64,000 nucleotides of DNA from a virus (IMGVR_UViG_2706796476_000001:64001-128000), one strand, 5' to 3'. Positions 20,181 to 30,033 are shown, counted from the stretch's first letter. Numbers and translations: made by a program. Notes: generated from the letters alone by a model not told the origin.

Positions 20181-22325
20181 TTATAGTCGTTTGACGTGTC
20201 CGTTAAATTTTTGCCACCAGTATCCACTAGTCATGTCCGCCTCTGCGATCCCGCTACTACTCTGTGCTCCGATAAATTTCCCGTTTCCATTGTATATTCC
20301 GATGTGACCGTCTCGTTTGTATGTATCAAAGTACACTAAGTCTCCCTTTTGCAGCTGTGCTTTTGCTGCTGTCTTAGATGAACCTCTCGAACTAATCGTT
20401 CGTAACTGAGGGTCGCTAGCGATAGTGTCTGTAGTCATTCCTGTTTTACCGCCTTTTAACGTAACCCCGTTAAGATAGAAGCACCACCATATGAATGAAG
20501 AGCAGTCAACCTGTACTGTCCCACTAAGGAACGGGTTTTTACCGTTTCGTCCTCCTCCGAAAACGTATTTTGACTTACGGGATGTAGCGGCTTGCGCTGT
20601 TTGAAGTGCGCCCATTGCTCCTCCGCTACCTGTTCCTCCGCCCCAGTCTCCGCTTCCATTCCCATCTCCGGGAGTGCTGCTTGCTTCCTGTTTTTTTCTC
20701 TGTAGCTCTGCTAGGGATAGCTCCCCAAGGTATCCTCCTAAGAACTCTTTAGATTTACCCCATAAGTTTCCAAAACGATTAGAACCCCCATTAGGTAACC
20801 CACGGGTAACCCCTGCTACTGTGGTGTAACCGTTAGCGAAACTGAACTCGTGCTGAATGGCTTCAACATAAAACTCCCATGTGGTATCTCTTTCAAAGTC
20901 CACGTAGTAAAGTTTTGATCCTACTCTATACGCAGGCGATCCAACAATGCGAATATCTCCGTTGTAGAAGTTGGCATTTTCGCAGTACCAGTTAAACAGC
21001 TTTTGTGTGAACGCCTCAAGCTTGTCAGTAGCTATAGAATTTTCCTTGTTTACACTCTGTTTTTGATCACTTGTACCTGTCTCAGATAGGATATCTCGAT
21101 ACCTCTCACTTGTAAGATCATTGTCTTTTAAAGCATCAATGATTTTGTTTATTGATCCTTTAGTTAGAGTTGGGAAGGTAGTAGCCATTTCCGAAAAAAT
21201 AACGTTCCTTTGTGTTCTTAAAACTTCAGGTTCGTCAAACTTGTTGTCAGAGATTAATCCAAGAACTTCCCCATACTTCGGTGCGTCTCCTGTAATATTC
21301 TGAACGTTTGGATTGGTGGAAGCAGTAATTGTCCCGGATAGCAGGTATCTATTTTGAGCATCCAGTCTCTTATATCCATACTTCTTAATCAAGTCAGGGT
21401 GGAATTTAGGAAAAACTCCTAAGTCGATATTATTAAACTCTGCGAGGTTAGGTGCCTGTACCACAAACAAGGAGTACATTTCCGCATCGGATTTACCGAA
21501 TGTCTCCTCTATGACTACGTCTGAGGTGATTCGATACACTGGTAGCTGCGCCCACTTATCCGGATCGAAAGGAGTTGGTCTCATTAATGCCGCACATTTA
21601 CCGTCCTTAGTAAACTCGAAAAATAACTCGTTAAACGGCTTTGCCGTGACATCATCGAGGAACTGGCGGATACTTCCTTCATAGTTTATAAAAGGCGTAC
21701 TATCTCCGAGTGATTCGAACTCCTCCCAACTAGAGAAGCTATGTTCTAGGAAGTCCGGTAAACTCTTACCTCCTGCAAACTCGTATGTAGCATACTGGTA
21801 AATAAACCGGTTCATTAGTTCATCTCCAATACCCGCTGCGGTGTTTCCTGAGAATTTTAAACCTTTATCTTCGCCATCCGGCAACCAACCTACTGTCGGA
21901 ACGTTGGCAGAAACTTCTTGAATTACTCCTACCTCGAAGTCTATCAGAGCCTTGGTCATAGCCCGTCCAGTAATTCGGTACAAGATGGTCCCATCAGAGT
22001 ATTCTCCATCTCTCCGAATGTCAGAGATCATGCCTACCATGATATACGGGTTATCCGGGTCAGGTTTAGTTCTATCCGGGTATACTTTAATACGTACAGC
22101 GTCACCTGAACTTAATAATGTATCCCATTTTTCCTTAGCTAGGAGAACTAGAGAGAATACAGGGCTATCGTCAGACATCGAGTTCTTTGTACTAAAGGAT
22201 ATTAGAGATTCCTCAAAATCTTTTGATGTTAGTGCCTTCTGTGTATCGTAAACTATGTTATACGAGTTTTCTTGTGTATAAAAATTTATTTTAAACGTCG
22301 GGTATCTCTTAACTGCGGTTGTCAC
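20181..22325 (-). CDS. baseplate hub/tail lysin with C-terminal NlpC/P60 peptidase
   Basis: YVFGG...DCSSF...GDLVYF...GHIGIY NlpC/P60 motifs. Confidence 0.85.
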   Translation of the reverse strand: MTTAVKRYPTFKINFYTQENSYNIVYDTQKALTSKDFEESLISFSTKNSMSDDSPVFSLVLLAKEKWDTLLSSGDAVRIKVYPDRTKPDPDNPYIMVGMISDIRRDGEYSDGTILYRITGRAMTKALIDFEVGVIQEVSANVPTVGWLPDGEDKGLKFSGNTAAGIGDELMNRFIYQYATYEFAGGKSLPDFLEHSFSSWEEFESLGDSTPFINYEGSIRQFLDDVTAKPFNELFFEFTKDGKCAALMRPTPFDPDKWAQLPVYRITSDVVIEETFGKSDAEMYSLFVVQAPNLAEFNNIDLGVFPKFHPDLIKKYGYKRLDAQNRYLLSGTITASTNPNVQNITGDAPKYGEVLGLISDNKFDEPEVLRTQRNVIFSEMATTFPTLTKGSINKIIDALKDNDLTSERYRDILSETGTSDQKQSVNKENSIATDKLEAFTQKLFNWYCENANFYNGDIRIVGSPAYRVGSKLYYVDFERDTTWEFYVEAIQHEFSFANGYTTVAGVTRGLPNGGSNRFGNLWGKSKEFLGGYLGELSLAELQRKKQEASSTPGDGNGSGDWGGGTGSGGAMGALQTAQAATSRKSKYVFGGGRNGKNPFLSGTVQVDCSSFIWWCFYLNGVTLKGGKTGMTTDTIASDPQLRTISSRGSSKTAAKAQLQKGDLVYFDTYKRDGHIGIYNGNGKFIGAQSSSGIAEADMTSGYWWQKFNGHVKRL

Positions 22326-22426
22326 TTACAATCACCCTTTATGTTTTTTATCATGTAAATAAACCCCCTCATATACTATTATAGCACGAGTATTCTGAGT
22401 TATCTGAAAACAAGAAAAGAGAGCTT

Positions 22427-25400
22427 TTACGCCCTCTTTGTCTCTTTGGAATAGAAATTTGCTGAGCTGTACACTCGTGATTGAATTGCTTGTCCGATTT
22501 TTCTAAGCTCACTGCTGTTCTTAACCTTTTCAGCTACAGACTCATTGCCACTAACAGAGACGTTAATGTTTGAACTTACCTCTAGCTTACTACTTGAAGC
22601 AGTAGCAGTGGCTGCTCTAGCTTTAGTGTTGTCTTTATACTGGGAGGAACCGAATTTGTCATAGAAGTCTTGAGCGTACTTTTGACGTTTTGACATTGCC
22701 GATCCGCCTGAACGTTCGAAAGCTTTCTCAAACAGTTCAGTAGCATTAGACACGTTAGCCCCTTTAAGAGCATCCATACCGCCATTACGATTTAGTATAG
22801 ACTTAAAGGTGCTCTCTCCTCCATTCATCTCTTTCCACATGAACTGTAGCTGAGTGTCTAGGGAGTTAACGTCCATTCCATTTTTCTTAGCGAAGTCATT
22901 GAGGTTTTTCTTACGTCCTCCGAGCCATTGCCCTACACCGAATGCTCCGCTAGAGCTATTCACTGCTGTAGGATCGAGACCGGACTCTTGCTGTAAGTTA
23001 CCCATTATCCCTGCGATAGCGGAAGGTTTAAATCCTTTGTCTGCAAAGAAGTTCCATATTTTTTCTGAGTTGCTGTTGCCTTCTAGGGGGCTAGCAGCAA
23101 CCGTCCCTGTTGCATCATTAGAAGTATTGGTCCCGAAGATGCCGTTCTGTAACCTAGCTTGGTTAAGCATAGCTTCCGCTCTCGCAAGAAGGTTTTCATA
23201 AATCTTAAGATTTTCCCTTTCTTGTGCGATATTATCGGTTCTTTTAGTCTCGGCTCGATCTTTGGTATTGGTGTTCTCTTTGTCTAACTGGTTTTTGACC
23301 GTAGACTCTTGGACCTTTGAAGTAGTTTCACTGGTTTGAGTGGCTGCTTCGGCAGTTTGAGTTTTACCTCCGTCGAACATTCCACCGATCCAACCTCCTA
23401 AACTACTGCCTGCGATACCTCCGACGATACCGCCACCAATACCTCCGATAATGTTACCAACTCCCGGGACGATACTACCTAGTGCTGCCCCGGCTGCTGC
23501 GCCTGCTCCGATTCCCCCGAGGATACCTCCAGCTGCGGAACCAGTTGCTTCCCCTTTTTTATCTTCAGGTGCCATAACGATTGATCCTACACCTGTTGCG
23601 ATACCGATAGGGAGTGCTGCTTTGCTTAAGAAAGAACCTGCTTTAGATAGCATACCGCCCGAAGCTCCTGTTGCTGCTCCTTCTACGGCTCCACTACCTC
23701 CGCCAAACCATCCTCCGACTTTTCCGAGGATACCTTTAGAACCTCCGGATGCCCCTTCAGCTGCTGCGGTTGCAGATGATATAGGTCTACCATCAGCCCC
23801 AACAATACCTCCAGCACCAGCGGTACCGGCTGCGGCACCTCCGCCTCCTCCACCGGGACGACCTCCAGTACCAGCAGCAAACGTTGTAGCTCCTCCTGCT
23901 CCTCCTGTAGCATGTTTACCCTTACCGAACCTACCTGATAGAGCTCCTATTCCTTTACGAAGAAGTGCTGATCCGCCTAGAGAAGCTGCGGAGGCTAGGG
24001 CTGCGGCAGTGAAGGCTCCCATAGCGAGAATACCTGCGTAGGTAGCAGCATTAAAGCCTGACATGCTGGAGTTAGCCTTACGGAGTATTTCACCGTAGTC
24101 ATATAACTGTGTGGCTTGCTTCTGTGTGGTTGCATCACTTTGATTGTCAGTAGCTTCATGTGACTTCTGATACTGGCTTAGTTTATCGTCTCCCGCTTCT
24201 GCGCCAGTAGACTTGTTTCCTTCGAGGATGCCTTGTAAGTTTTCTTGTGTTAGTGAGCCGTCTCTATATAGCCCCATTAGACCTTCTGTTTGGGACGCAG
24301 TTATATCTACCCCTAACTGGGATTGGACGATTCTTGCGAATGCTTCGTTCTGCCCGGACTCATCGGTTGTTACACTCTCCGCAGCTGCTGCAAGATCACG
24401 AATGTTATCAGGGTCACTTATCCCTTTCTCCATTCGCTGTCTAAGTTCCCAGCTACCACCAAGACCTTGATATTTTGTACCCTGTCCCATAAGAAGCCTT
24501 AACTGCGGGTTATTGACTCCTTGGCGTAGTCCTTCGTTCATATTCGTTAGAAGTTGTCCGCCTTGCTCGCCTTGTAATGATCTAACACCTGTACCAGCAA
24601 GCATAGACTGCATACCCATGACGTTCATGACATCTTGGTTGCTAAGAGCTCTTCCGTTAGAGACACTTCCTAACAGTCCTTGCAAAGCCTTCAGTTGATC
24701 TTTCTCTCGACCTTCCATTCCGCTCTGTTTAATAGCACCAATGAAACCATCTTGAATATCTTTGACTTGGTTACCGCTAACTGCGCCTGTCTTGAACATG
24801 GAGTTGAAGAAGTCTCCTGTAGTTTGAGCATCAATCCCGGCTGAACGTGAGAATCTTGCTTGGTTAGCCATTGCAGAGTTTAGATCATCCATGCTAGTAA
24901 ATCCATTAGCGGACATATAGCCACTTTGGAATTGCATCATTTCTTGACCCGTGAATCCTAGCTTATCTTGAAGTCCGCCATTAAGTGCAGCATCCCGAAT
25001 CTGACTTCTCCATTGGTCCCCATCGAGCCCTGCGTGGCTTCCTAGCCCAATTACATCGTCACGCATACTTTTATTCAAGGAAGCACCTTGCATGTACAGA
25101 CCGCCAGCTACAGCGCCTACAGCACCCGTCATCGCAAAACCTAAAGCAGGAGCACGCTCGTACGCCATACCGAGAGCAGTTCCTCGTTCCGGCTTAACTT
25201 CAACTCCGCCGTTTTTAGTTACTCGTTGGTTATACTGTTTCATGTTCTCGGTAGTTCTGTTAAGAACACGATCAAACTCCATACGTGCTTCTCGTTCTTT
25301 ATCTAGTGCGTCGATTGTTTGTTGAAGAGCAACCTTTTTGTCAATCTCTGCTTGAGTCGCTGCTGGGTTGTTTTCAATTTCTTTGATCTGTCCACTGATC

Positions 25401-26164
25401 TCTGTACGTTTCTGACCGATTTTCGTCATTTCATTGAGGTTTTGTTCTCGCTGTCTTGTGTAGTCTTGCGTAGCTGTAAAGTAGTCCTTCTTGAAATTAG
25501 ATGCTTGTTGGTAGGACATATAGTTAGAAGCTTCAGCTCGTCTTGACAAGCTCTCTGAACGACGATCTAGTTTAAGTACTTCTTGAATCTGTGACTTAAG
25601 GTCTTTTACTTTACTTGTAACCCCGTCTGTGTCCTGTGCCATCTGTTGCATAATTCGTTTAGACCTGTCGAAGTTTTCAGCTCCAGTAGGCAAGTTAAAT
25701 ACGTCGTTGGAGTTAAAAATGTGCTTAAAGTCTTTACTAGCCTTCTGCTGGAAGCTTGCAGTCTCTCTATGGCGAGCTAGAGTTTTCTCATACTCTTTCT
25801 GTAGCTGTCTTTGCTGCATGATTGCTGCACGAGACTGATCATCCATTGTTTGCTTAAGCTTGTTGATTTCTTGTCTCTGCTGCTCAGTAGCCCCTTTTGG
25901 AATCTGCAAACCGGAAGACATGTCTCGCATCTTTTCTCTAAGCTGGTTTAAATCGCTGCTCATGCTACGGTACATTCTAGTTAATTGTGACATAGATCGC
26001 ATACTCTTATCTATATCTTTTTGGGTAGTTGTTGAGTAGTTGTCTACGCCCTTGTTACGAATGTCTTCAATGTTTTGCATAAGTTTTTCTAGTTGCTGCA
26101 ACTTAGATACGGCTTGCCGGGTTTCAGCATCGACATTAAAGATATATTGTTCTACGTTAGCCAT
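22427..26164 (-). CDS. tape measure protein with C-terminal phage tail lysozyme domain
   Basis: Long helical and Gly/Ala-rich protein; AIAGIMGNLQQES...GVGQW...FEKAFER. Confidence 0.85.
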   Translation of the reverse strand: MANVEQYIFNVDAETRQAVSKLQQLEKLMQNIEDIRNKGVDNYSTTTQKDIDKSMRSMSQLTRMYRSMSSDLNQLREKMRDMSSGLQIPKGATEQQRQEINKLKQTMDDQSRAAIMQQRQLQKEYEKTLARHRETASFQQKASKDFKHIFNSNDVFNLPTGAENFDRSKRIMQQMAQDTDGVTSKVKDLKSQIQEVLKLDRRSESLSRRAEASNYMSYQQASNFKKDYFTATQDYTRQREQNLNEMTKIGQKRTEISGQIKEIENNPAATQAEIDKKVALQQTIDALDKEREARMEFDRVLNRTTENMKQYNQRVTKNGGVEVKPERGTALGMAYERAPALGFAMTGAVGAVAGGLYMQGASLNKSMRDDVIGLGSHAGLDGDQWRSQIRDAALNGGLQDKLGFTGQEMMQFQSGYMSANGFTSMDDLNSAMANQARFSRSAGIDAQTTGDFFNSMFKTGAVSGNQVKDIQDGFIGAIKQSGMEGREKDQLKALQGLLGSVSNGRALSNQDVMNVMGMQSMLAGTGVRSLQGEQGGQLLTNMNEGLRQGVNNPQLRLLMGQGTKYQGLGGSWELRQRMEKGISDPDNIRDLAAAAESVTTDESGQNEAFARIVQSQLGVDITASQTEGLMGLYRDGSLTQENLQGILEGNKSTGAEAGDDKLSQYQKSHEATDNQSDATTQKQATQLYDYGEILRKANSSMSGFNAATYAGILAMGAFTAAALASAASLGGSALLRKGIGALSGRFGKGKHATGGAGGATTFAAGTGGRPGGGGGGAAAGTAGAGGIVGADGRPISSATAAAEGASGGSKGILGKVGGWFGGGSGAVEGAATGASGGMLSKAGSFLSKAALPIGIATGVGSIVMAPEDKKGEATGSAAGGILGGIGAGAAAGAALGSIVPGVGNIIGGIGGGIVGGIAGSSLGGWIGGMFDGGKTQTAEAATQTSETTSKVQESTVKNQLDKENTNTKDRAETKRTDNIAQERENLKIYENLLARAEAMLNQARLQNGIFGTNTSNDATGTVAASPLEGNSNSEKIWNFFADKGFKPSAIAGIMGNLQQESGLDPTAVNSSSGAFGVGQWLGGRKKNLNDFAKKNGMDVNSLDTQLQFMWKEMNGGESTFKSILNRNGGMDALKGANVSNATELFEKAFERSGGSAMSKRQKYAQDFYDKFGSSQYKDNTKARAATATASSSKLEVSSNINVSVSGNESVAEKVKNSSELRKIGQAIQSRVYSSANFYSKETKRA

Positions 26165-26214
26165 AAGATCACGCTCCTTTCATAAAAATGGGGCAAGGGT
26201 GTATAACCCTTACC

Positions 26215-26805
26215 CTACAATGCAGTGAAGTCATCATCGTCGTCTTCATCGCCGTTAAACAGTGCAATAGACTTGTCCATTACTTCTTTGTTAAGTGCTG
26301 CTGCACTATCGTCTTGTTTGCCTTCAATGATTTTTCGGTCATCTACAAGCTTCCCTTTCCCTCCAGCAGCCTCTATATCTTTTGCCTTATCAAGAGCTTC
26401 TTGAAGGCGTTTATTCATATACTGTTCGACTTCGGTTTCCTTAACAGTTTGTCCGCCATCTTCCCTGTACTGATTGTACTCGTCAAGACCATCGAACTTG
26501 CTATCAAGATTTTTCATATCCTCTTGCTTAGTAAGTTTCTCAACTTGTTTAGCAATGTCATTGGCATCATGACCATCCTTAAGTACATCCCAGTCTCCAA
26601 CTTCTTTGTTCCATACTTCATCTTCGAAGTTTGTGTCGTAGTGTTCTGAATCGACAGTAAGACCTTTTCTAGCCAGTTCCATCTCACGAGCGTCCTCATT
26701 CATGGACATAATCATGAAATGAATTTGATGGTCTGTTAGGGCTAGGAAGTTAGGGTCGGTAGGAAGAACATTAAAGGTCTTCATGATTGCCCATAAGTTT
26801 CTCAT
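26215..26805 (-). CDS. tail assembly chaperone, downstream (frameshift) part
   Basis: Lies between the chaperone and tape measure genes; no properly spaced RBS; its frame is open upstream to the TCC TTT CGA site at 26858-26866. Confidence 0.7.
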   Translation of the reverse strand: MRNLWAIMKTFNVLPTDPNFLALTDHQIHFMIMSMNEDAREMELARKGLTVDSEHYDTNFEDEVWNKEVGDWDVLKDGHDANDIAKQVEKLTKQEDMKNLDSKFDGLDEYNQYREDGGQTVKETEVEQYMNKRLQEALDKAKDIEAAGGKGKLVDDRKIIEGKQDDSAAALNKEVMDKSIALFNGDEDDDDDFTAL

Positions 26806-26851
26806 GTAAGGGGTTCTAACTAAAGCCTTTGCCCCTCCTAAAGAATGTAAG

Positions 26852-27259
26852 TTAGCTTCGAAAGGAGTTTAACCACGCTTGATAATCCTTCCCGATGATG
26901 TATAGTGGGTCAAAATTGTAAATATCTTCGTCTTTCGCTAGTTCTTTAGGAACGTCGATACCTACGATTCTTATAGCAGATAACGTGTCAAACACAGTGA
27001 TAAAATATTCACTGGCGTAGTTATTCATACCGTTTAAATAAGCGGCTGTTCGAGAATGAATTTTCCCAGCGTCTACGGCATTCGGAACTCTTAGTTTGAT
27101 TTTAATTGTTCTATCAAACTCCTTAAAATCATAATCCTTTTCGAATACGTCATTCACACCTCGAATGACACGGTCAATAACCTTCTTCTGCTCGAACTGT
27201 TTTTCAACTTCCCGTTCTTCAGCAGTCTTTTCTAAGTTATTATCTAAATTTTCTGACAT
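26852..27259 (-). CDS. tail assembly chaperone
   Basis: 135 aa ending WLNSFRS*; upstream of the tape measure gene; late promoter motif at 27292. Confidence 0.75.
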   Translation of the reverse strand: MSENLDNNLEKTAEEREVEKQFEQKKVIDRVIRGVNDVFEKDYDFKEFDRTIKIKLRVPNAVDAGKIHSRTAAYLNGMNNYASEYFITVFDTLSAIRIVGIDVPKELAKDEDIYNFDPLYIIGKDYQAWLNSFRS

Positions 27260-27342
27260 GTTTGAATCCTCCTATGTAATGTCCTTACTAATAATATAGC
27301 AGTGAATAGTGTCCTATTTACATTATAACATACAAAAGGGGG

Positions 27343-27930
27343 TTACTCCCCTTTGTATCGGTAGTAACCCCAGTTTGCTTTTGCGATTCTTGGTTCGTAT
27401 TCTCTCACCTGCTGCAATAATGCGTATATTGAGTGTGTCGGAATTTTTCGTCCCTCTAATTCTAGTTTAATCTCATTGAGAGTGAGTGGTTCTCCAGCTT
27501 CTTTTAGAATGTTTACAATGAGTCTAGCAACTTTCTTAACATCTCGTCTTTCTGCTCCTGCCCTAGATGTTCTGTACTTGCCACGTCTTTTTCCTTTACT
27601 AGTGTTTGTAGCCTTAATTGGACTTTCGAATGGAGGAGGAACATCATCATCATTGTTGTCTACAACTGTGTTAGGATACATAACTTGTTGATTTTGGTTG
27701 TACATCCTTACAGTTGCTGCAATTTCATCCTCTTGGTCCGCAATGTTATTTTCTATTTTATTAGCATCAATCAGCGGAAGGCTAATTGAGTCTAGTTTTT
27801 CTATTTTTTCTACTACGCCTTTAAGTTCTTCTTGTACCATTTCAATCCTAGACTGGTGATATATCACCTGCTGCTTTAAGTATTCTGCATACATACGGTT
27901 TGCTTCTCTTTCTGTGTACATCTTTTCCAT
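27343..27930 (-). CDS. hypothetical protein, coiled coil plus putative C-terminal winged helix
   Basis: ILKEAGEPLTLNEIK...WGYYRY; has its own sigmaA promoter (TTGACA 28005-28000, 17 bp, TATTAT). Confidence 0.6.
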   Translation of the reverse strand: MEKMYTEREANRMYAEYLKQQVIYHQSRIEMVQEELKGVVEKIEKLDSISLPLIDANKIENNIADQEDEIAATVRMYNQNQQVMYPNTVVDNNDDDVPPPFESPIKATNTSKGKRRGKYRTSRAGAERRDVKKVARLIVNILKEAGEPLTLNEIKLELEGRKIPTHSIYALLQQVREYEPRIAKANWGYYRYKGE

Positions 27931-28038
27931 TATTCAGTCACGCTCCCTAGTAATTTATTTTTCTCTCTGTAAGGTAATAATACTACAGGTCTTGGCATAT
28001 GTCAATGAGGTAATAAAAAAACAGGAGAGAATCTCCTG

Positions 28039-28647
28039 TTAATTTTGGACTGTAACCTTTACTGTTTTACGACCAAACTGTAATGCGTCTGCTTGACTTG
28101 GCATGAAGATGTCAATGCGGTTTCCTTTAATTGCTCCGCCTGTGTCTGCTGCAATGGCTTGTCCATACCCTTCAACGTACACTGTAGAGCCAAGTGGAAT
28201 TACATTAGGGTCTACGGCAATAACTTTTTGATTAGGGTTAGATCGTAAATCGACTCCTGTAGCTGTGATCCCTGAGCATCCGTAGCAATAAGCTGTGTAT
28301 GCTGTAGCGACTACCTGTAAGCTTCTTCCGTTAGCAGCTGGTTTACTGTCTGCGACGGGCTTGCTTTCTACAGCAGGTGAAGATTTTTTAGCAGTCTTAT
28401 AGGAAACGGCACTAGATTCTCCTCGTAATTTGCTTAGCAAAGTAATATTTTGTTTTTCAGAACCTCGGTATTTAGATATACCGATTGCTCCTGCAAGCTT
28501 TGTTCTGTTCTCGAAGCTCGCATCTTTTCCTTGTGCGGCTAGATAGTCAACCACGCTGTTTCTGTCGTAAGCTGATGCAGCGCCTGCGCTCGAAAATAAC
28601 GCACCTGCTGTTACTGCACAAGTAATAAGTACCTTCTTCAAATTCAT
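28039..28647 (-). CDS. secreted 3D-domain (YocH-like) cell-wall protein with DUF3597-like domain
   Basis: Signal peptide ending ASA; ATAYT...ITATG...IAVDPNVIPLGS...AADTGGAIKGNRIDIF. Confidence 0.85.
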   Translation of the reverse strand: MNLKKVLITCAVTAGALFSSAGAASAYDRNSVVDYLAAQGKDASFENRTKLAGAIGISKYRGSEKQNITLLSKLRGESSAVSYKTAKKSSPAVESKPVADSKPAANGRSLQVVATAYTAYCYGCSGITATGVDLRSNPNQKVIAVDPNVIPLGSTVYVEGYGQAIAADTGGAIKGNRIDIFMPSQADALQFGRKTVKVTVQN

Positions 28648-28736
28648 TGTGTTGCCCCTCTCTAGGTTTTGTACACTATTATGTACTTACTCTAATGTAA
28701 CACATACGCTACCCTTAATCTACAAATTAGGACGAT

Positions 28737-28753
28737 TGTAACACAACTGTAAC
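28737..28753 (+). promoter_or_regulatory. WalR (YycF) box upstream of the 3D-domain gene
   Basis: TGTAAC-ACAAC-TGTAAC matches the TGTWAH-N5-TGTWAH consensus exactly. Confidence 0.65.
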
Positions 28754-28800
28754 ATAGAGAGTAGTAAAAAAGACCCGTTAGGGTCTTTAATTAGCTTAGT

Positions 28801-29202
28801 TTATTTATCTTTGCTAGTCTGTAGTTCAATATCCGGGATGATATTTTCAGGACGGAACAGAATCTTGTAACGGAACGGGTCCTCTTTGTTTGGCTCCAGC
28901 TGCTCTGCAAAGAAACTCACGTTGTCGCTTAGTCCGAGATAGTGTTTCTTGTATTCGTTCTTCCCTACTTTACAAGTAACCGTCATACGAAGGTCACTAT
29001 CGCTGTTACCAAGAGCACATAAACCCTCAACAGTCAAAAGGTACTTATCAGTAATCCCGTTAAAGAAAACGATCCTCCGCTGAACATCGAATGAGTCCGA
29101 AGACTTTGAGATGTTTTTAGATACTACGTCTGCCTCACTGTCACAGGCTGCTACAAAGATTGCCATTAATACAATCGTTAGTGCTAGTAACTTCTTTTTC
29201 AT
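28801..29202 (-). CDS. phage lipoprotein
   Basis: MKKK, hydrophobic stretch, VAAC lipobox; RRIVFFNGITDKYLL. Confidence 0.75.
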   Translation of the reverse strand: MKKKLLALTIVLMAIFVAACDSEADVVSKNISKSSDSFDVQRRIVFFNGITDKYLLTVEGLCALGNSDSDLRMTVTCKVGKNEYKKHYLGLSDNVSFFAEQLEPNKEDPFRYKILFRPENIIPDIELQTSKDK

Positions 29203-29215
29203 TTAACCTTTCCTC

Positions 29216-29563
29216 CTAGTATTCGTATTTGTTAATCTCTTTTTTCAACTGCCTTACAATTTCTTGAACTTCGGGATTAGTTATCTCGTTATCTTTAATA
29301 AACCGCTCAATAACGTCCTCTACCTTAGCCTCTGTATTATAATTCCCCGATGATGCTGCTGCGATTACATAGTTTAACGGTAATTCCCCTAAAGAACTAA
29401 ATTCGTGTAATGATTCTCCTTTATTCCATGTTTCCCATTCTTTCTCAACATAATCAGCCAAGGAAAAATAGCTGTCGTACATTCCCCTTAAGACATCTAA
29501 AGCTTTTTCTTGCTCTTTAGTAACAATAATTCCGTGGCGATCTTCCATAGGTTTTCTAACCAT
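29216..29563 (-). CDS. hypothetical protein (paralogue of 29585-29938)
   Basis: VTKEQEKAL and LGELPLNYVIAAASSGNY. Confidence 0.7.
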   Translation of the reverse strand: MVRKPMEDRHGIIVTKEQEKALDVLRGMYDSYFSLADYVEKEWETWNKGESLHEFSSLGELPLNYVIAAASSGNYNTEAKVEDVIERFIKDNEITNPEVQEIVRQLKKEINKYEY

Positions 29564-29584
29564 TATAACTCTCCTCCTAGTTTA

Positions 29585-29938
29585 TTATTTAGTGTCGTAG
29601 TTCCGTAAAATCTCGAGTAATCTCTTCATTACAACTACTTCTTGATCATCAGCCGTATCCATACAGAAATTAATAATAGTTTCCGTATCCATACATGTTG
29701 TGTAGTTACCCGATATTGCCGCTGCGATTACATCGTGCATATCTAATTCACCTAAAGGGTAGTATATACTATCTGCGGATGATTCTTTTTTGTTCCAAAA
29801 TTTCCATGCATTCTTAATAGTTGAAGCCAAGCTGTAAGGGTTTCTGCACTCTTGATCAAGCTTCTCGAGAGCCTCTTTTTGATCTTTGGTTACGAGCAAC
29901 CAACCGTCACTTGTAAGTATATCCGGGTTTTTAATCAT
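29585..29938 (-). CDS. hypothetical protein (paralogue of 29216-29563)
   Basis: VTKDQKEAL and LGELDMHDVIAAAISGNY. Confidence 0.7.
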   Translation of the reverse strand: MIKNPDILTSDGWLLVTKDQKEALEKLDQECRNPYSLASTIKNAWKFWNKKESSADSIYYPLGELDMHDVIAAAISGNYTTCMDTETIINFCMDTADDQEVVVMKRLLEILRNYDTK

Positions 29939-29972
29939 GTTAATTCCTCCTAATACTCGTTTGATACTCTGT

Positions 29973-30001
29973 ATGTTACAGTCTTTTCCTGCTTAAGTCA
30001 A
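29973..30001 (-). promoter_or_regulatory. sigmaA-type early promoter
   Basis: TTGACT-17-TAACAT with extended TG. Confidence 0.65.
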
Positions 30002-30033
30002 CTATATTTTTTATAAAACTTGTGAAAACAAAA

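Noticed and set aside
23380-23900. GC-rich repetitive stretch
   Set aside because: Explained by Gly/Ala-rich coding in the tape measure protein.
3187-26228. Many plus-strand ORFs opposite the tail genes (e.g. 18749-19462, 23451-24041)
   Set aside because: Antisense shadows of long, well-supported minus-strand genes; no RBS or recognisable motifs.
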